Positions 45,625 to 63,338 of a DNA stretch of 64,000 bases are shown in pieces. Numbering within the stretch: the stretch's first letter is position 1; each line of letters opens with the position of its first letter. Where the stretch lies: contig CAWAUV010000004.1 in the NCBI GenBank assembly GCA_963785305.1, positions 352,001 through 416,000 of the forward strand, written 5' to 3'. Under the pieces are notes generated by a model. That model did not search any database, was not told where the DNA came from, and was given only the letters and a program-made list of their open reading frames with translations. The position numbers were made by a program, and so were the translations under genes. Source of the stretch: an uncultured Planctomycetaceae bacterium. GTDB taxonomy: Bacteria; Planctomycetota; Planctomycetia; Pirellulales; PALSA-1355.

Positions 45625-45661
45625 CTCGCCCCGCGCTCTCCCAGGGGAGAGGGGTTTTTTT
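45625..45661 (+). terminator. REP-derived hairpin followed by a T-run between convergent genes
   Basis: CTCTCCC-AG-GGGAGAG stem, then GGG and TTTTTTT. Confidence 0.55.
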
Positions 45662-45672
45662 ATGCCTATCCG

Positions 45673-48293
<2,621 letters not shown>

Positions 48294-48423
48294 AATGCGC
48301 GATTCCTGTCGACTTAAAGTTTTCGCAAAAATGACGAAAACGTTAAGCTATCCGCTCGTGCGCATGCGTGCAACCGTCGTTTGAATCCCAGGGAGGCATG
48401 CAACTTCGGTCGCCGCGCGGCCT

Positions 48424-48463
48424 GTTGAAAAATGCCCTCGTGGCCCTCGGAGCATTTTTTAAC
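48424..48463. repeat. Inverted repeat GTTGAAAAATGC...GCATTTTTTAAC (terminator or degenerate MITE)
   Basis: 12-bp arms with 1 mismatch, just downstream of the 48488-48793 gene. Confidence 0.45.
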
Positions 48464-48487
48464 CTCGCCCCGCGCCGAGCGAGCCGA

Positions 48488-48793
48488 TCAATAGGTGATC
48501 GGTGAATTGCCGGGCGCCGGAGTGGGGGGCGCGTGCTGCGAGTTCAAATGCTCGTGAAATCGCCGCTGATGATGAAACAGCAGCCCCAGAAACGCGATGC
48601 CCATGCCCACGAGCGCCATGATCAGCAGCGTCACCAGCACGAGCATCATCGGCCGCGTGCCATAAAGGTAATCCGTGTCGGGCACGAACACCGTGGCCGG
48701 GTAGTCTTGAAAGCGAATGCCATAGCCCAAACCGATTAGGCCCAGGCCCACGAGTGCGCCGGCCGTAATGATTGCTCCACACAAAGCTCGCAT
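48488..48793 (-). CDS. Small two-TM hypothetical protein
   Basis: MRALCGAIITAGALVGLGL... and a second TM, then HHQRRFHEH; GAGG SD upstream. Confidence 0.7.
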   Translation of the reverse strand: MRALCGAIITAGALVGLGLIGLGYGIRFQDYPATVFVPDTDYLYGTRPMMLVLVTLLIMALVGMGIAFLGLLFHHQRRFHEHLNSQHAPPTPAPGNSPITY

Positions 48794-48929
48794 GGTAGAC
48801 CTCGAAGAAATGCTGAAGGTGATTGATCTTTAAGGGGGAGTCCGTTGCTTGGTTGCCGGCGGTCTTGGCTTTCATCGATCCATCGCCGAGCGTTTCGGCT
48901 TTCGTCGATCGATGGCCAAGCCGTTCGGC

Positions 48930-49094
48930 TCAGTGGCCGATCATTCGCAGGCAACCGGCCATGACCATGATGATGCCGGCGATCACGATCAAGAAGCTGC
49001 TGCACCCGCAGCCTGCCCATGGCCCGCTTGGACCCGAGGGCGAGATATAACTTCCACCACCGCCTAGCAGCGGTCCCGCGGGTCCGAAACTCAT
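48930..49094 (-). CDS. Small Gly-rich single-TM protein (54 aa)
   Basis: AAGGAG SD; MSFGPAGPLLGGGGSYISPSG...AGCGCSSFLIVIAGIIMVMAGCLRM. Confidence 0.6.
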   Translation of the reverse strand: MSFGPAGPLLGGGGSYISPSGPSGPWAGCGCSSFLIVIAGIIMVMAGCLRMIGH

Positions 49095-49471
49095 GGTTGC
49101 GACTCCTTGTGAAATGGGCAAAGTAAAATAAAGTTCGCCGCACAATCAAAAGACGACCGACGCCTAAAATCAACTCCGCCGCTCGCCAGTTCAACGATCC
49201 ACGCGTCGGCGAAAAGCGTCGGATCAGGCCGCCGCCGTGGATCGCCCCCCGTCGATCGGGGCATTATGGAGCAATTCCGACGCCGGGGTGTCCAGTAGGC
49301 AAACGCCATGCCTGTTTGCCTAATTTATCAACTTTGGCGGCGAATGTCGCAAGGTGCGGCTACGATTTCTCGGGGCCGATCTTTTTGTCCGCATCAAATG
49401 GCAATAGCCGTGGTGGCGGCAGAGCCAGTGCGGTCGCCGCGCGTTCTTTAGCCGCCGACCGTCCCGGGCTT

Positions 49472-49549
49472 ATGGACTATCCGAGAACATCGGTGGCCCT
49501 CACCGTGCCCACTCCCACGCGGGGAGAGGGGGATTCTTCGGATAGACCT
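49472..49549. mobile_element. ~80-bp MITE/REPIN-like element, copy 3 (degenerate)
   Basis: GGACTATCCGAGAAC ... CCCTCACC...GGGGAGAGGG ... TTCGGATAGACCT; same orientation and length as copy 1. Confidence 0.6.
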
Positions 49550-49791
49550 TGAATGGCTGCATGCAACTTGGGTCAGCGGGCGTTGGCGCGGTCGGCGGGC
49601 TCGGCGGGCGGTGAAAGCCGATCGGTATGGGGCAATTCTCCGTGCCGTGCTAGGATGCCGCTACTCTGGGCTAGCGTGGTAAGCTTGAAGGCAACTGGGC
49701 GTGTGGGAGTCCGCTTCCGGCGGCGGAAGCACCGAGAGATCGCGGCGCCCCTTCCCGAGCGATTCCCCAAATTCATGGGAGATGCACGCCT

Positions 49792-51703
<1,912 letters not shown>

Positions 51704-51775
51704 AGTGACGGTTTCGTCGACCCGCTGCCCGAGCGCGCGGGAATCGGCCTGGTGGGAAAGGGCGCGGTCGCTTTC

Positions 51776-52734
51776 GTGAAAATCATCACCGATCTCAAGG
51801 CTCTCGACGCGAGCCTCCGATCTGGCGCGGTGTCGATCGGCAATTTCGATGGCGTGCATCTCGGCCATGCCCGGATCGTCGCGCGGCTCAAGACGCTGGC
51901 GGCTCGCGTGGGCGGGCCGGCCGTGGTGTTTACCTTCGATCCGCACCCGGTGCGGCTATTGAGGCCCGAGCGCGCCCGGCGCCGCTGACCTGGACCGATC
52001 GCAAGGCCGAGCTCCTGGCCGCCCTAGGCGTCGACGCGATGATCGCCTACCCGACCGACGCGGCCCTCCTGCGGCTCGCGCCCGAAGAGTTTTTCGACCA
52101 GATCGTTGGCCGGGCGCTCGATGCGCGGGCGATTGTCGAGGGGCCCAATTTTTATTTCGGCCATGCGCGGGCCGGCGATATTCATACCCTGGGCCAATTG
52201 ACCGCCAAGGCCCAAATCATGCTCGACGTGGTCGAGCCGTTTTACGAGGGCGGCCAGCCGGTGTCGAGCTCTCGTGTGCGCGAGGCGATTGCCCAGGGCG
52301 ATGTCGACTCGGCCAACCGGCTGCTTACGGCGCCCTATCGAGTGCGCGGCATGGTGGTGCATGGCGCCGGCCGCGGCGCCGGGATCGGATTTCCCACCGC
52401 CAATCTCGACGCCATCGACACCCTCCTGCCAGGAGCGGGCGTGTATGCCGGCGGCTGCGAGATCGGCGGCAAAACCTGGGCGGCGGCGATCCATATCGGG
52501 CCAAACCCCACATTTGGCGAAGCGCGAATGAAAGTGGAAGTCCATGTGATCGACTTCCAAGGGACGTTGTGTCACCAGCCGCTTGAGGTAGACTTTCTCT
52601 GTCGCCTGCGAGATGTCGCACGCTTCGAGAGCGTCGGCGCACTGATCGAGCAGCTCAAGGTCGATGTGCGTCGCGCCCGTGAATTTGTCGCGAATCGTGG
52701 CGGGGATGCTGTTTCGGCGAGTAACTCGGATTAA
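51776..52734 (+). CDS. ribF: Bifunctional riboflavin kinase / FAD synthetase (indel near 51980)
   Basis: IGNFDGVHLGH, TFDPHP, VSSSRVR, IGFPTANL, IGPNPTF, VEVH. Confidence 0.92.
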
Positions 52735-52764
52735 TAAAGCGGCTGGTGTAAAGAAAGACATGGT

Positions 52765-53829
52765 ATGACACAAACCCCCTCGGGCGCCAGCTCCACCACG
52801 ATGCCCTCGAAGGCCACTCCCGCGACCAGCACGTCCCGGGCGATCGATTGGCCGCGCTTCCGCGAGTTGATTTCCCGCCATCAGCGTTTTCTGCTCACCA
52901 GCCACATTCGCCCCGACTGCGACGCGCTCGGCAGTGAATTGGGCATGGCCGGAGTGCTGCGAGCCCTGGGCAAGCAGGTCATCATCGTCAACGGCCAGGC
53001 GACTCCGCCGAGCCTCGCATTCATCGATCCTCGCCGCGAACTCCAGGCGCTCGACGTGGATGTGATGCCCGAAGACCTGACCGAGATCGACGCCTTGATG
53101 ATTCTCGACACCAGCGCCTGGGCCCAGCTTGGGCCCATGGCCGCCGTGGTGCGGTCGACCAAGGCGCAAAAGATCGTGCTCGACCATCATGTGGGCGAAG
53201 ACGATTTGGGCGCCGAACTATTCAAGGACACGCAGGCCGAAGCCGCGGGCCGGCTCGTGGTCGACGCGGCGCGGGAACTGGGGGCGCCGCTCGACGCCGA
53301 GATTGCCCGACCTCTGTTTGCCGCCATCGCCACCGATACCGGCTGGTTTCGCTTCGGCTCGACCACGCCCACCACGATGCGAACCGCGGCGGCGCTGATC
53401 GAGGCGGGCGCCCGGCCGAGCGAGCTGTATAACCTGCTATACGAGCAAGAAACCCTGGCGCGGCTCAATCTTCGCGGTCGCATCTTGGCCCGAGTGCGCA
53501 CGGAGCTCGACGGCCGGCTCGCGCACACATCGGCCTTGCGCGAGGATTTCGACGCCACCGGCGCCCTGCCCTCCGACACCGAAGACGTGATCAATCTCAC
53601 ATTTGGCGTGGCCGGCACGCTCGTGGCCGCGATTTTGGTCGAGCAACCGACCGGCGGATTCAAAATCAGCTTCCGCAGCCGGATCGCGGGCGTCGATTGC
53701 AATGTGCTCGCCAAGACATTTGGCGGCGGCGGGCACAAAGCGGCCGCCGGCGCTTTTCTCGCGGAGCCTTTCGAGACGCCCAATCCAAAGTGCTGGGAGT
53801 TGCTCGCGACGCGCTCCAAGTGGCTCTGA
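52765..53829 (+). CDS. nrnA: DHH family phosphoesterase (NrnA-like); C-terminus probably frameshifted
   Basis: HIRPDCDALGS, LDHH, TDTGWF, SFRS, GGGGHKAAAG. Confidence 0.85.
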   Translation: MTQTPSGASSTTMPSKATPATSTSRAIDWPRFRELISRHQRFLLTSHIRPDCDALGSELGMAGVLRALGKQVIIVNGQATPPSLAFIDPRRELQALDVDVMPEDLTEIDALMILDTSAWAQLGPMAAVVRSTKAQKIVLDHHVGEDDLGAELFKDTQAEAAGRLVVDAARELGAPLDAEIARPLFAAIATDTGWFRFGSTTPTTMRTAAALIEAGARPSELYNLLYEQETLARLNLRGRILARVRTELDGRLAHTSALREDFDATGALPSDTEDVINLTFGVAGTLVAAILVEQPTGGFKISFRSRIAGVDCNVLAKTFGGGGHKAAAGAFLAEPFETPNPKCWELLATRSKWL

Positions 53830-53928
53830 CCGCCGCGCCGCCGGCCTAGTCGCGGCCCATTTTACGATCAACCCTCATCAATGCGGGCAACGGTTCCGAT
53901 TCACCCGCGGAAAGGTTCGACACTGCTC

Positions 53929-54135
53929 ATGGCCCATCACCCGCAACACGACCACAAGCATGGCGATCCGGCGGCGCATTCCAAACGGCGCGGCCTGCAC
54001 AAAGACTGGCGAACGTGGCTCGTGGTGCTCTTAATGCTCGGCGCGATGGCGATCTATGTGATGTCGGGCGACGAGTGCGCGGGCCCCTCGGGCGCTCCGA
54101 TGCCCGCCGCCCCGGGGCCAGCCGCGGGGCCGTGA
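53929..54135 (+). CDS. Small His-rich single-TM protein
   Basis: MAHHPQHDHKH...LHKDWRTWLVVLLMLGAMAIYVMSGDE. Confidence 0.6.
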   Translation: MAHHPQHDHKHGDPAAHSKRRGLHKDWRTWLVVLLMLGAMAIYVMSGDECAGPSGAPMPAAPGPAAGP

Positions 54136-54199
54136 TGCACCCGCGAGGTCGATGGCGCTGAGAACCCTAATGCGATGCTCGATTGATCACCCCAAAAAG

Positions 54200-54227
54200 G
54201 CGATGCCCACGCAAGCGTGGGCATCGC
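54200..54227. repeat. Perfect palindrome GCGATGCCCACGC-AA-GCGTGGGCATCGC (REP/terminator)
   Basis: 13-bp perfect arms between convergent genes; core shared with 59495-59539. Confidence 0.7.
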
Positions 54228-54273
54228 ACGAGAGCAAAACGGGGTTACCCAAAATTTCAGCTGTGACAAAGCA

Positions 54274-55208
54274 CTAGACGCCGATTCGGCGGGATCGCTT
54301 TCGCACGGCACAGGCGCCAACGACCATCAGGGCGATCGTGACCAGGGCCGCGCTGCTCGGCTCGGGCACGCTGGAAAGTGTCGCCTGGGCGAAATACGCC
54401 GTGGCGCCAGAGCCGGTGAATCCCGCGCTGATATAGGGCGACAGCGTGCCGATGTCGGAGGTCGTGGCGGTCGTCAGATTCAAGATGGCGCTCACGGCGC
54501 CACCCGCCAGCGTTTGCGAGACATCGGCTGAATTGTACACGGTCGGCGTGATCGCCACATTGTTGTTCGACCCGTTGATCCCCGTGATTTGCAACGAAAC
54601 CAAATACGTGGAATTCGCGGTCATGGAGCTCGCCGCGAGCAACGTTTCCGAGGTGAGCGAGCTATTCGAGGCGTTTGAGTTGTAGAACAGCGTCAGGGCG
54701 CCGTTGACATAGCCCACATCGAACCCGGCGTTGGGCGGCGTCAGGGCATAGCCGCCGCTTTCGCCGGCCTGCACCTTATTGAAACCGAAATACGTCTCGG
54801 CACTGTAGCTGGTCGATGATTCCTGCGTGAGCACGCTAAAATTCAGCGTCGGACTGGCATTGGTCACGCCGCTCGCGAGATCGCGAAACTGCACCCGAAT
54901 ATTGGAATTGCCCAACGATTGAATGCTTCCGGTGGAAGTAACGCTGGTCTGCGGGTTCGTAAGTCCGGTCGACGATACGGTAAAAGCGCCGGTCCCCGAA
55001 TCCCAGGTCGACGACGCGGCGTAGCCGGTCGTGCCGCCCGTGGCGCCTTGGCCGCCGATCGACGTGCCCGCCGTATAGTAGCCGGCCCCGGAATCGAAAG
55101 CGTCGGAATATAATAATCCCGCCGATGCCGTGCGCTCGATCTAACCGCGAGCCAAGCCAAACAGAGGCCCGTGCCAAGGATAAATTGGAATGAGAGGCGT
55201 CGATTCAT
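54274..55208 (-). CDS. PEP-CTERM surface protein (indels near 55125 and 54920)
   Basis: Signal peptide MNRRLSFQFILGTGLCLAWLAVRSSA; Ser/Thr-rich body; VPEPSSAALVTIALMVVGACAVRKRSRR. Confidence 0.82.
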
Positions 55209-55428
55209 CGTCTCCGGTCCAAAACTTTGGGTTTGACTGCGCCCGAGGGCCGAGTGGGCCAGCCGAAGTGTCGTATGACTGGTGGGAGTTGTAATTGCCG
55301 CAAAACACGCTTTCAAGGGAAAGTTTAGAAAACCCGGAAATTAAAAACGATTTCGCCAGCGTCGCGGCGAAAAGGAATGTGAATGATTCCCGCCGTGTTC
55401 TTGCGTCCCTGCAACGCGAAAAGCGATT

Positions 55429-56578
55429 TCAGCGGCGCGGCGCGGAGTTGAGCGGCATCGGCGCGGTGGCGGTGATCGGGACCATCTTCGTCGGCGGCTG
55501 GCCGTTTTCGATGGGCGTCACCGGCGGCAAGCGCACAAGGGTTTCCCCGCCGCTGGGAAGGACATTCGCAGGCAGCGGCTGCTGGAGCGCGAGCTCAAGA
55601 AACTTCGGCAACATCGCCACGAGCTCCCGGGTAAAGTCGTCGGAAGCCAGCGGCTCGACCTCGCCGATGAAGAGCTTGAACTTCGACGACTCGATCGTGT
55701 CGGTGTCGGAGAGAATCGAATGCTTCGCCTTGAACACGGTCTCGCCATCGGGCGTGATCAGGCGAATTACGCTGCCCTCCTCGAGCGCCGCTTTCTTGCG
55801 AAAAATCCCCACTCGCAGCCGCACCGCCACCGCCAGATCGGCCCCGCTGTCGCGCAGCACAAGCTGCTCGACCGCCAGCCGGGAGCTGTTTTTTTGCGTG
55901 ACCACTCCCGAGCCGGGCGCGGCGACCATGTGGGTGCGGAGCACGGTGCCGGTGTCGCTGCCGATCGGGTTGAGCAACAGCGCGAAGGGCGATTTCAGCT
56001 TGGGTTGGATATGCAGGTCGGCATAGTGCGAGCTCGAGCGGGCTCGTTCCAACGGCATCATCAACACGCCCCGGCGGGTGAAGTCGATCTCGAATGCCTC
56101 GAGGAACGATTCGCGCCAAATGCTGCTGCTGCTCTTCGGCCAATCGCGAATTCTTGCGCCCGAGCCCCGCCACATTGGCGCACACTCCCGCGCCAAACGC
56201 CACGAACTCGAGCGGCGTGATTGGGCCGGTGATCAGGGGCGGCGGATTGATGGCCATTTGCCGTTGGAATGGCCCCTGGGCTTGCAGGTCGATCAGCTCG
56301 ACGCCGAACTCGGTGAGCAACACCGTTTTGCCCGGCGCCAGCAAGGTCGGAGCGTCGCCCGACCCGGTCTGTTTCCAGTAGCCCACCGGGAGCACTTCGC
56401 GCGCGGGCTGCGACACGGAATACGACGTCGCGGCCGGCTCGGGCACGATGCTCGACGCCGGCTTGGGCGCGGTCAAGCAGCCGCACGTCAGGCACAAGAC
56501 CAGGGCCGCGAGCAGCGCCCTTCGAGCGCTTCGCGGAGGCGTCGCCGCTGGCGGGCTATTGCGCGACGCGTCGTGCAT
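55429..56578 (-). CDS. Hypothetical lipoprotein (indel near 56100)
   Basis: RRALLAALVLCLTCGC lipobox-like signal; two overlapping ORFs join. Confidence 0.55.
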
Positions 56579-56588
56579 GACATCGCCT

Positions 56589-58114
56589 TTAGCGGCCCAG
56601 TTGATTGATGAGGAACGATGTGTTGTCGGCCACATCGAACAGTGGACGGAAGGGGTTCAAGCTGGCAAGCGCGGTGTGATAGCCGGGGTAGTACACCAAA
56701 TTGAGCGAAAGAGTCCAGTACTGATCGGTGAGCGCGTCGCCCAGAGTCGAGCCGCGCGGGAAAATGAAATTGAAGTTGCTCTGAAAGGCCCAGTGCGTGG
56801 TGAGAGGCGAGGTGCCGTCGCCGCCGAAGATCACGTCGCCATCGTTATCCATGCCGGCCCAGAGCCGCCCATAGCCGATGCCATGCACGCGGCGACGGTA
56901 GTAGGCCAGATATTGATCGTAGGCTTGCCACTGGATCGGCTTGCCGGTAATCGGCGAAATCTTATTCGAGTTGTCGGTGTGAAACATGCCCATGAGACCG
57001 ATTTCATGCACTTTACCCACGAGGCTGATCTCGGCTCGAATCTGGTCCAGGTCGCTCTTCGAGTACCAATCGTCGTGCAAGTAATCCGTGACCACGCCCG
57101 CTTGCCAGCCACGGCCATTGAGTGGCCGGCGATAAAAACCGCTCGTCAAGAAGAACTGATTGCGATGCGCGTCTTGCCCCGAGCCGCCCGAGAGATCGCT
57201 ATGTACTCCCTGGGCGCCGGTTTGGTGCGAAAAGCCCCATTTTTGCACGAGCGGAATCGACCAGTTGAAGCCTTCGTGAAAGCCAAAGTTGCTGCCTTGC
57301 CCTTCGTCGACCGGTCCCTTGAATCCCTGAAAGCCGCCAAACAGCACGAAGTTCGTATACGACCAGTGGTTAATCAGATGATTCGGGTCCAGATGCGCCG
57401 GATTGCTATCAATAAACGGAAAGTCATGGTCAAGCCAATACCAAAACCACGAAGGACGCGGCTCCGGCTGCGCGCAATAGCCCGGCGGATCGCAACCCGC
57501 GCCGTTTTCGCCACACGGCGGACACGCGGCCGCATGTTCTTCGAAAGGATCGGCCAGCGGCCCGCCCGCCCCCGGATCGAGGATCGGCCCCGATGCTTGC
57601 CAAGGCGCGCCGCCAGACGCTTCCGCCGGCACGGGTTCGGGAATCGGCTCGATTCGCCGCGACCGGGCGGGCACGGGTAGACCCTGGGTCGGATACATGG
57701 GACCGCCGCTTGGAGGTCCCGGTGAATAGTCACCCGAGGAATCGGACACATAGGGCAGGGCATAGCGCGGCACATGCGCCGGCGGCGCGGCATTTTGCGA
57801 CGCGGCATATTGCGGCGCCACATACTGGGGCGCGACATATCGGGCGCGCCGGTCGGCGGATATGCGGGATAGGCCGCCGTGGGGCCAGTTGGCTGGGAAG
57901 CATCGGGCGGAATCCAGCCGGCAGCCTGGGAAACGCCACCGGCCTGTCGCCGCGCTGGCGGGGCAGGACCCATCCATGAGATCGGCGCCGAGTCGTTATT
58001 GGATGTGGTCGTGGCGCTTGGCGGCGATTGAGCGCGCAGCGGGGGCGCGAGCACGGCGAATTCGCCGAACGAAGCAATCGAGCACAGAGTTAGGATTACA
58101 ACGACTTTTCGCAT
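56589..58114 (-). CDS. Exported DUF6666-like protein, probable beta-barrel C-domain (indel near 57840)
   Basis: Signal peptide; Pro/Tyr-rich linker with a Cys cluster; GFKGPVD...NFGFHEGFNW, aromatic alternating strands, RPLFDVADN. Confidence 0.65.
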
Positions 58115-58274
58115 TCTAACGCCAGTGGTCTCAACATCGGCAGTTTACCCCCAACTTGCCGATATCGGGGGCGTAGTGTCGCTAAATCCTGCTTAGATTG
58201 CCAGATCGATGTTGGCTATGAGCCCAGCTTGGGGGCCGAAATTTCGGCCCATGCCTCGCCAGCTTGCTAGCGAA

Positions 58275-59425
58275 TCACGCGGCGCCGGCGGCGAGCGCTT
58301 GGTCGAGATCGTTCCAGAGATCGGCATGCGCTTCGAGGCCGACGCTCAGCCGGATCAATCCATCGCCGATGCCATGCGCTTGCCGGCTCGCGCGGTCATA
58401 GCTGGCATGCGACATCGAAGCCGGCTGCTCGATGAGCGACTCGACCGCTCCCAGGCTCACGGCAAGCTGAAAAAGATGCGTCGAATCGACCACTCGCTTG
58501 GCCGCGGCAAAATCGCCGTGAATCTCGAAACTGAGCATCGCGCCGAATGCGCCGTCCATTTGCCGCGCGGCGAGCGCGTGTCCCGAGTGCGCGGGCAGCC
58601 CGGGATAGAGCACCCGCGCGACGCGCGGATCGCCGACCAGCGACTCGGCGAGCCACTGAGCGGTTTTGCTTTGCTCGCGCACTCGCAGTTCGAGAGTCTT
58701 GAGTCCGCGCGAGGCGAGAAATGATTCCCAGGGACCGAGCACTCCGCCGGTGGCGTTTTGAATGAAATAAAGCCGCTTGTGGAGCGCCGGATCGCGCGTC
58801 ACGAGGACTCCGCCCAAAAGGTCGCTGTGGCCGCCGATATATTTCGTGGCCGAGTGCATCACGATATCGGCCCCCAGGGAAAGCGGCCGCGTGAGCACCG
58901 GGGTCGCGAATGTGTTGTCGACTCCCAAGAGGGCCCCATGCACATTCGCCAGCTCGTGCATGCGGCGATGTCGGTGATCGAGAGCAGCGGATTGCCCGGC
59001 GATTCGATCCAGAGAAGCTGAGTTTGCGGCGTGAACGCGCCGGCCAGCGCCTTGAGATCGTTGCTTGGCGCGAGGCTCACCGTGATTCCAGCCCGCGCGG
59101 CGATTTTATGCAGCAGGCGATAAGCGCCGCCATAAATATCCGTGCCGGCGACCACATGATCGCCCGCTTCGAGCAACATCACGGCCGCATGGATCGCGGC
59201 CATGCCCGAGGCAAACGCCAAGGCGCCGACGCCCTCTTCGAGATCGGCGATCGTGGTTTCAAACGCCTTGCGCGTCGGGTTCCCACTACGGGTGTAATCG
59301 TATTCACACCACTCGCCGGCGCCGGGTTGCACGAAAGTCGAGGCGACATGCACCGGCCGCACAATGGCGCCGGTCTGGGGATCGCGCTCATTGCCGACAT
59401 GAATGGCGCGAGTGCGGAATTCCAT
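58275..59425 (-). CDS. Cystathionine gamma-synthase/lyase family PLP enzyme (indel near 58960)
   Basis: YTRSGNPT, FASGMAA, YGG, ESPGNP, VDNTFATP, HSATKYIGGHSD, SLGAVESL, RLSVGLE. Confidence 0.92.
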
Positions 59426-59494
59426 GCTTCAATTGCTCCTCGTCGTTTCAACTCCGACAAAGCACCAATGCGTCGTCAACGCATCATTTGGGGG

Positions 59495-59539
59495 ATTGGG
59501 CGCCGGCGCCCACGCAAGCGGTGGGCGCCGGCGCCCAAT
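59495..59539. repeat. Perfect 19-bp-arm hairpin ATTGGGCGCCGGCGCCCAC-GCAAGCG-GTGGGCGCCGGCGCCCAAT
   Basis: Read directly, in the intergenic gap upstream of the Cys/Met enzyme. Confidence 0.75.
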
Positions 59540-59579
59540 TGCGAGCCGCGCCCATGCGCTGGGGGCCTTGAGGAAATCA

Positions 59580-60323
59580 CTATTTCGTGGCGATCGCGCG
59601 GGCCAGCGGCCGAAGCACATTGTCGACCACATGGTTCTCGACCATGTCCTGGCAGACTTGGGTCAGATTGGCGAGCGCTTGCACGAACGTGGTGTCGGGA
59701 CCCAGGCTCCCATATTGCCGCGCCGTGAGATACACGCTGAGTTGGTCTTCAGGATAGTCGCCAGTGCGCACTTGATAGGCGTTGGTGCGAGTCTCGATGC
59801 TCAAGCGGCATTGCACGCGACACTCGTCGTCGAGCGCCAACGTGACCGAGGGCTCGTAGTTGATCGCCGTCGAGCCGGGAACGTCGATCATGCGCTCCAG
59901 CGCCGGGCTCAAGCCGAGCGCCTCGGCGACAAGCTGGTTGTGGTTGCCGCGATAGGTGAAGTCGAAGCCGAACAGCAAGTCGAGCGCTTCGCAATCGAGC
60001 GGACTGAGCGACAGCATATAAGGCGCGAGGTCGAGCACCAGCTTGTGCTGATCAAGCGCCTCGTCGATCGAGGCGGGATTCACCTGGCCCGAACACACGC
60101 GGCGCGACTCGATCGTGCTCCAGCGGTAGGCGCCCTGATCTTTATCTTCCTCGAGGACGAAGTCGCCTTTGTCACGGCAATAGAAGTTCCGCATTGCCGG
60201 ATAGCGTTTTTGGATGCGCTCGAAAAAGTGGAGAATGGTTTCCCGGTTCGTGGGCAATTCCATCTCGGTGCTGAGATTCATGTTCACATAGAAGTCGTCG
60301 CACAGAGCGCTGTATTGATTCAT
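59580..60323 (-). CDS. Conserved-looking hypothetical protein (247 aa)
   Basis: Uninterrupted ORF with typical GC-rich codon usage (MNQYSALCDDFYVNMNL...DFTYRGNHN...); no recognisable function. Confidence 0.75.
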   Translation of the reverse strand: MNQYSALCDDFYVNMNLSTEMELPTNRETILHFFERIQKRYPAMRNFYCRDKGDFVLEEDKDQGAYRWSTIESRRVCSGQVNPASIDEALDQHKLVLDLAPYMLSLSPLDCEALDLLFGFDFTYRGNHNQLVAEALGLSPALERMIDVPGSTAINYEPSVTLALDDECRVQCRLSIETRTNAYQVRTGDYPEDQLSVYLTARQYGSLGPDTTFVQALANLTQVCQDMVENHVVDNVLRPLARAIATK

Positions 60324-60708
60324 CCACAATCTCCCGAGCGGGCTCGCAACGAACTGCGAATCCCGCGAAAAAGTCGCTGCCCATCTCTGCCCGCCACGCG
60401 GGACCGCGAAATCGCGTTTCGCGCGCGGCCGGACACCGGTGCGCTTCCGCGATCGCTTGCGATCTCGCAAGCTAAGTATAGATAGGGCGCGCCGAAAGTG
60501 TCAAAGCACATTGGGCCAAGCCACCGGCCACTCCGGCCAATCAGGCGAGCATCCGACATTTCGCGACGCGCGGCGCGGGAAATACATTTCGTGGCGAACG
60601 CGGCGCCGACGCCATCGGTCGTTGCGACGAATGATTGCACGCCGCGACGAGCTTTGCTCGGCGCTTGGCGAGGTTGAACAATGCCACGCGTTCGATGGCG
60701 GGCCGCGA

Positions 60709-63338
<2,630 letters not shown>

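Noticed and set aside
49550..49791. glmS ribozyme upstream of glmS
   Set aside because: Only generic hairpins; the conserved core (AGCGCC...GACGAGG) is not recognisable.
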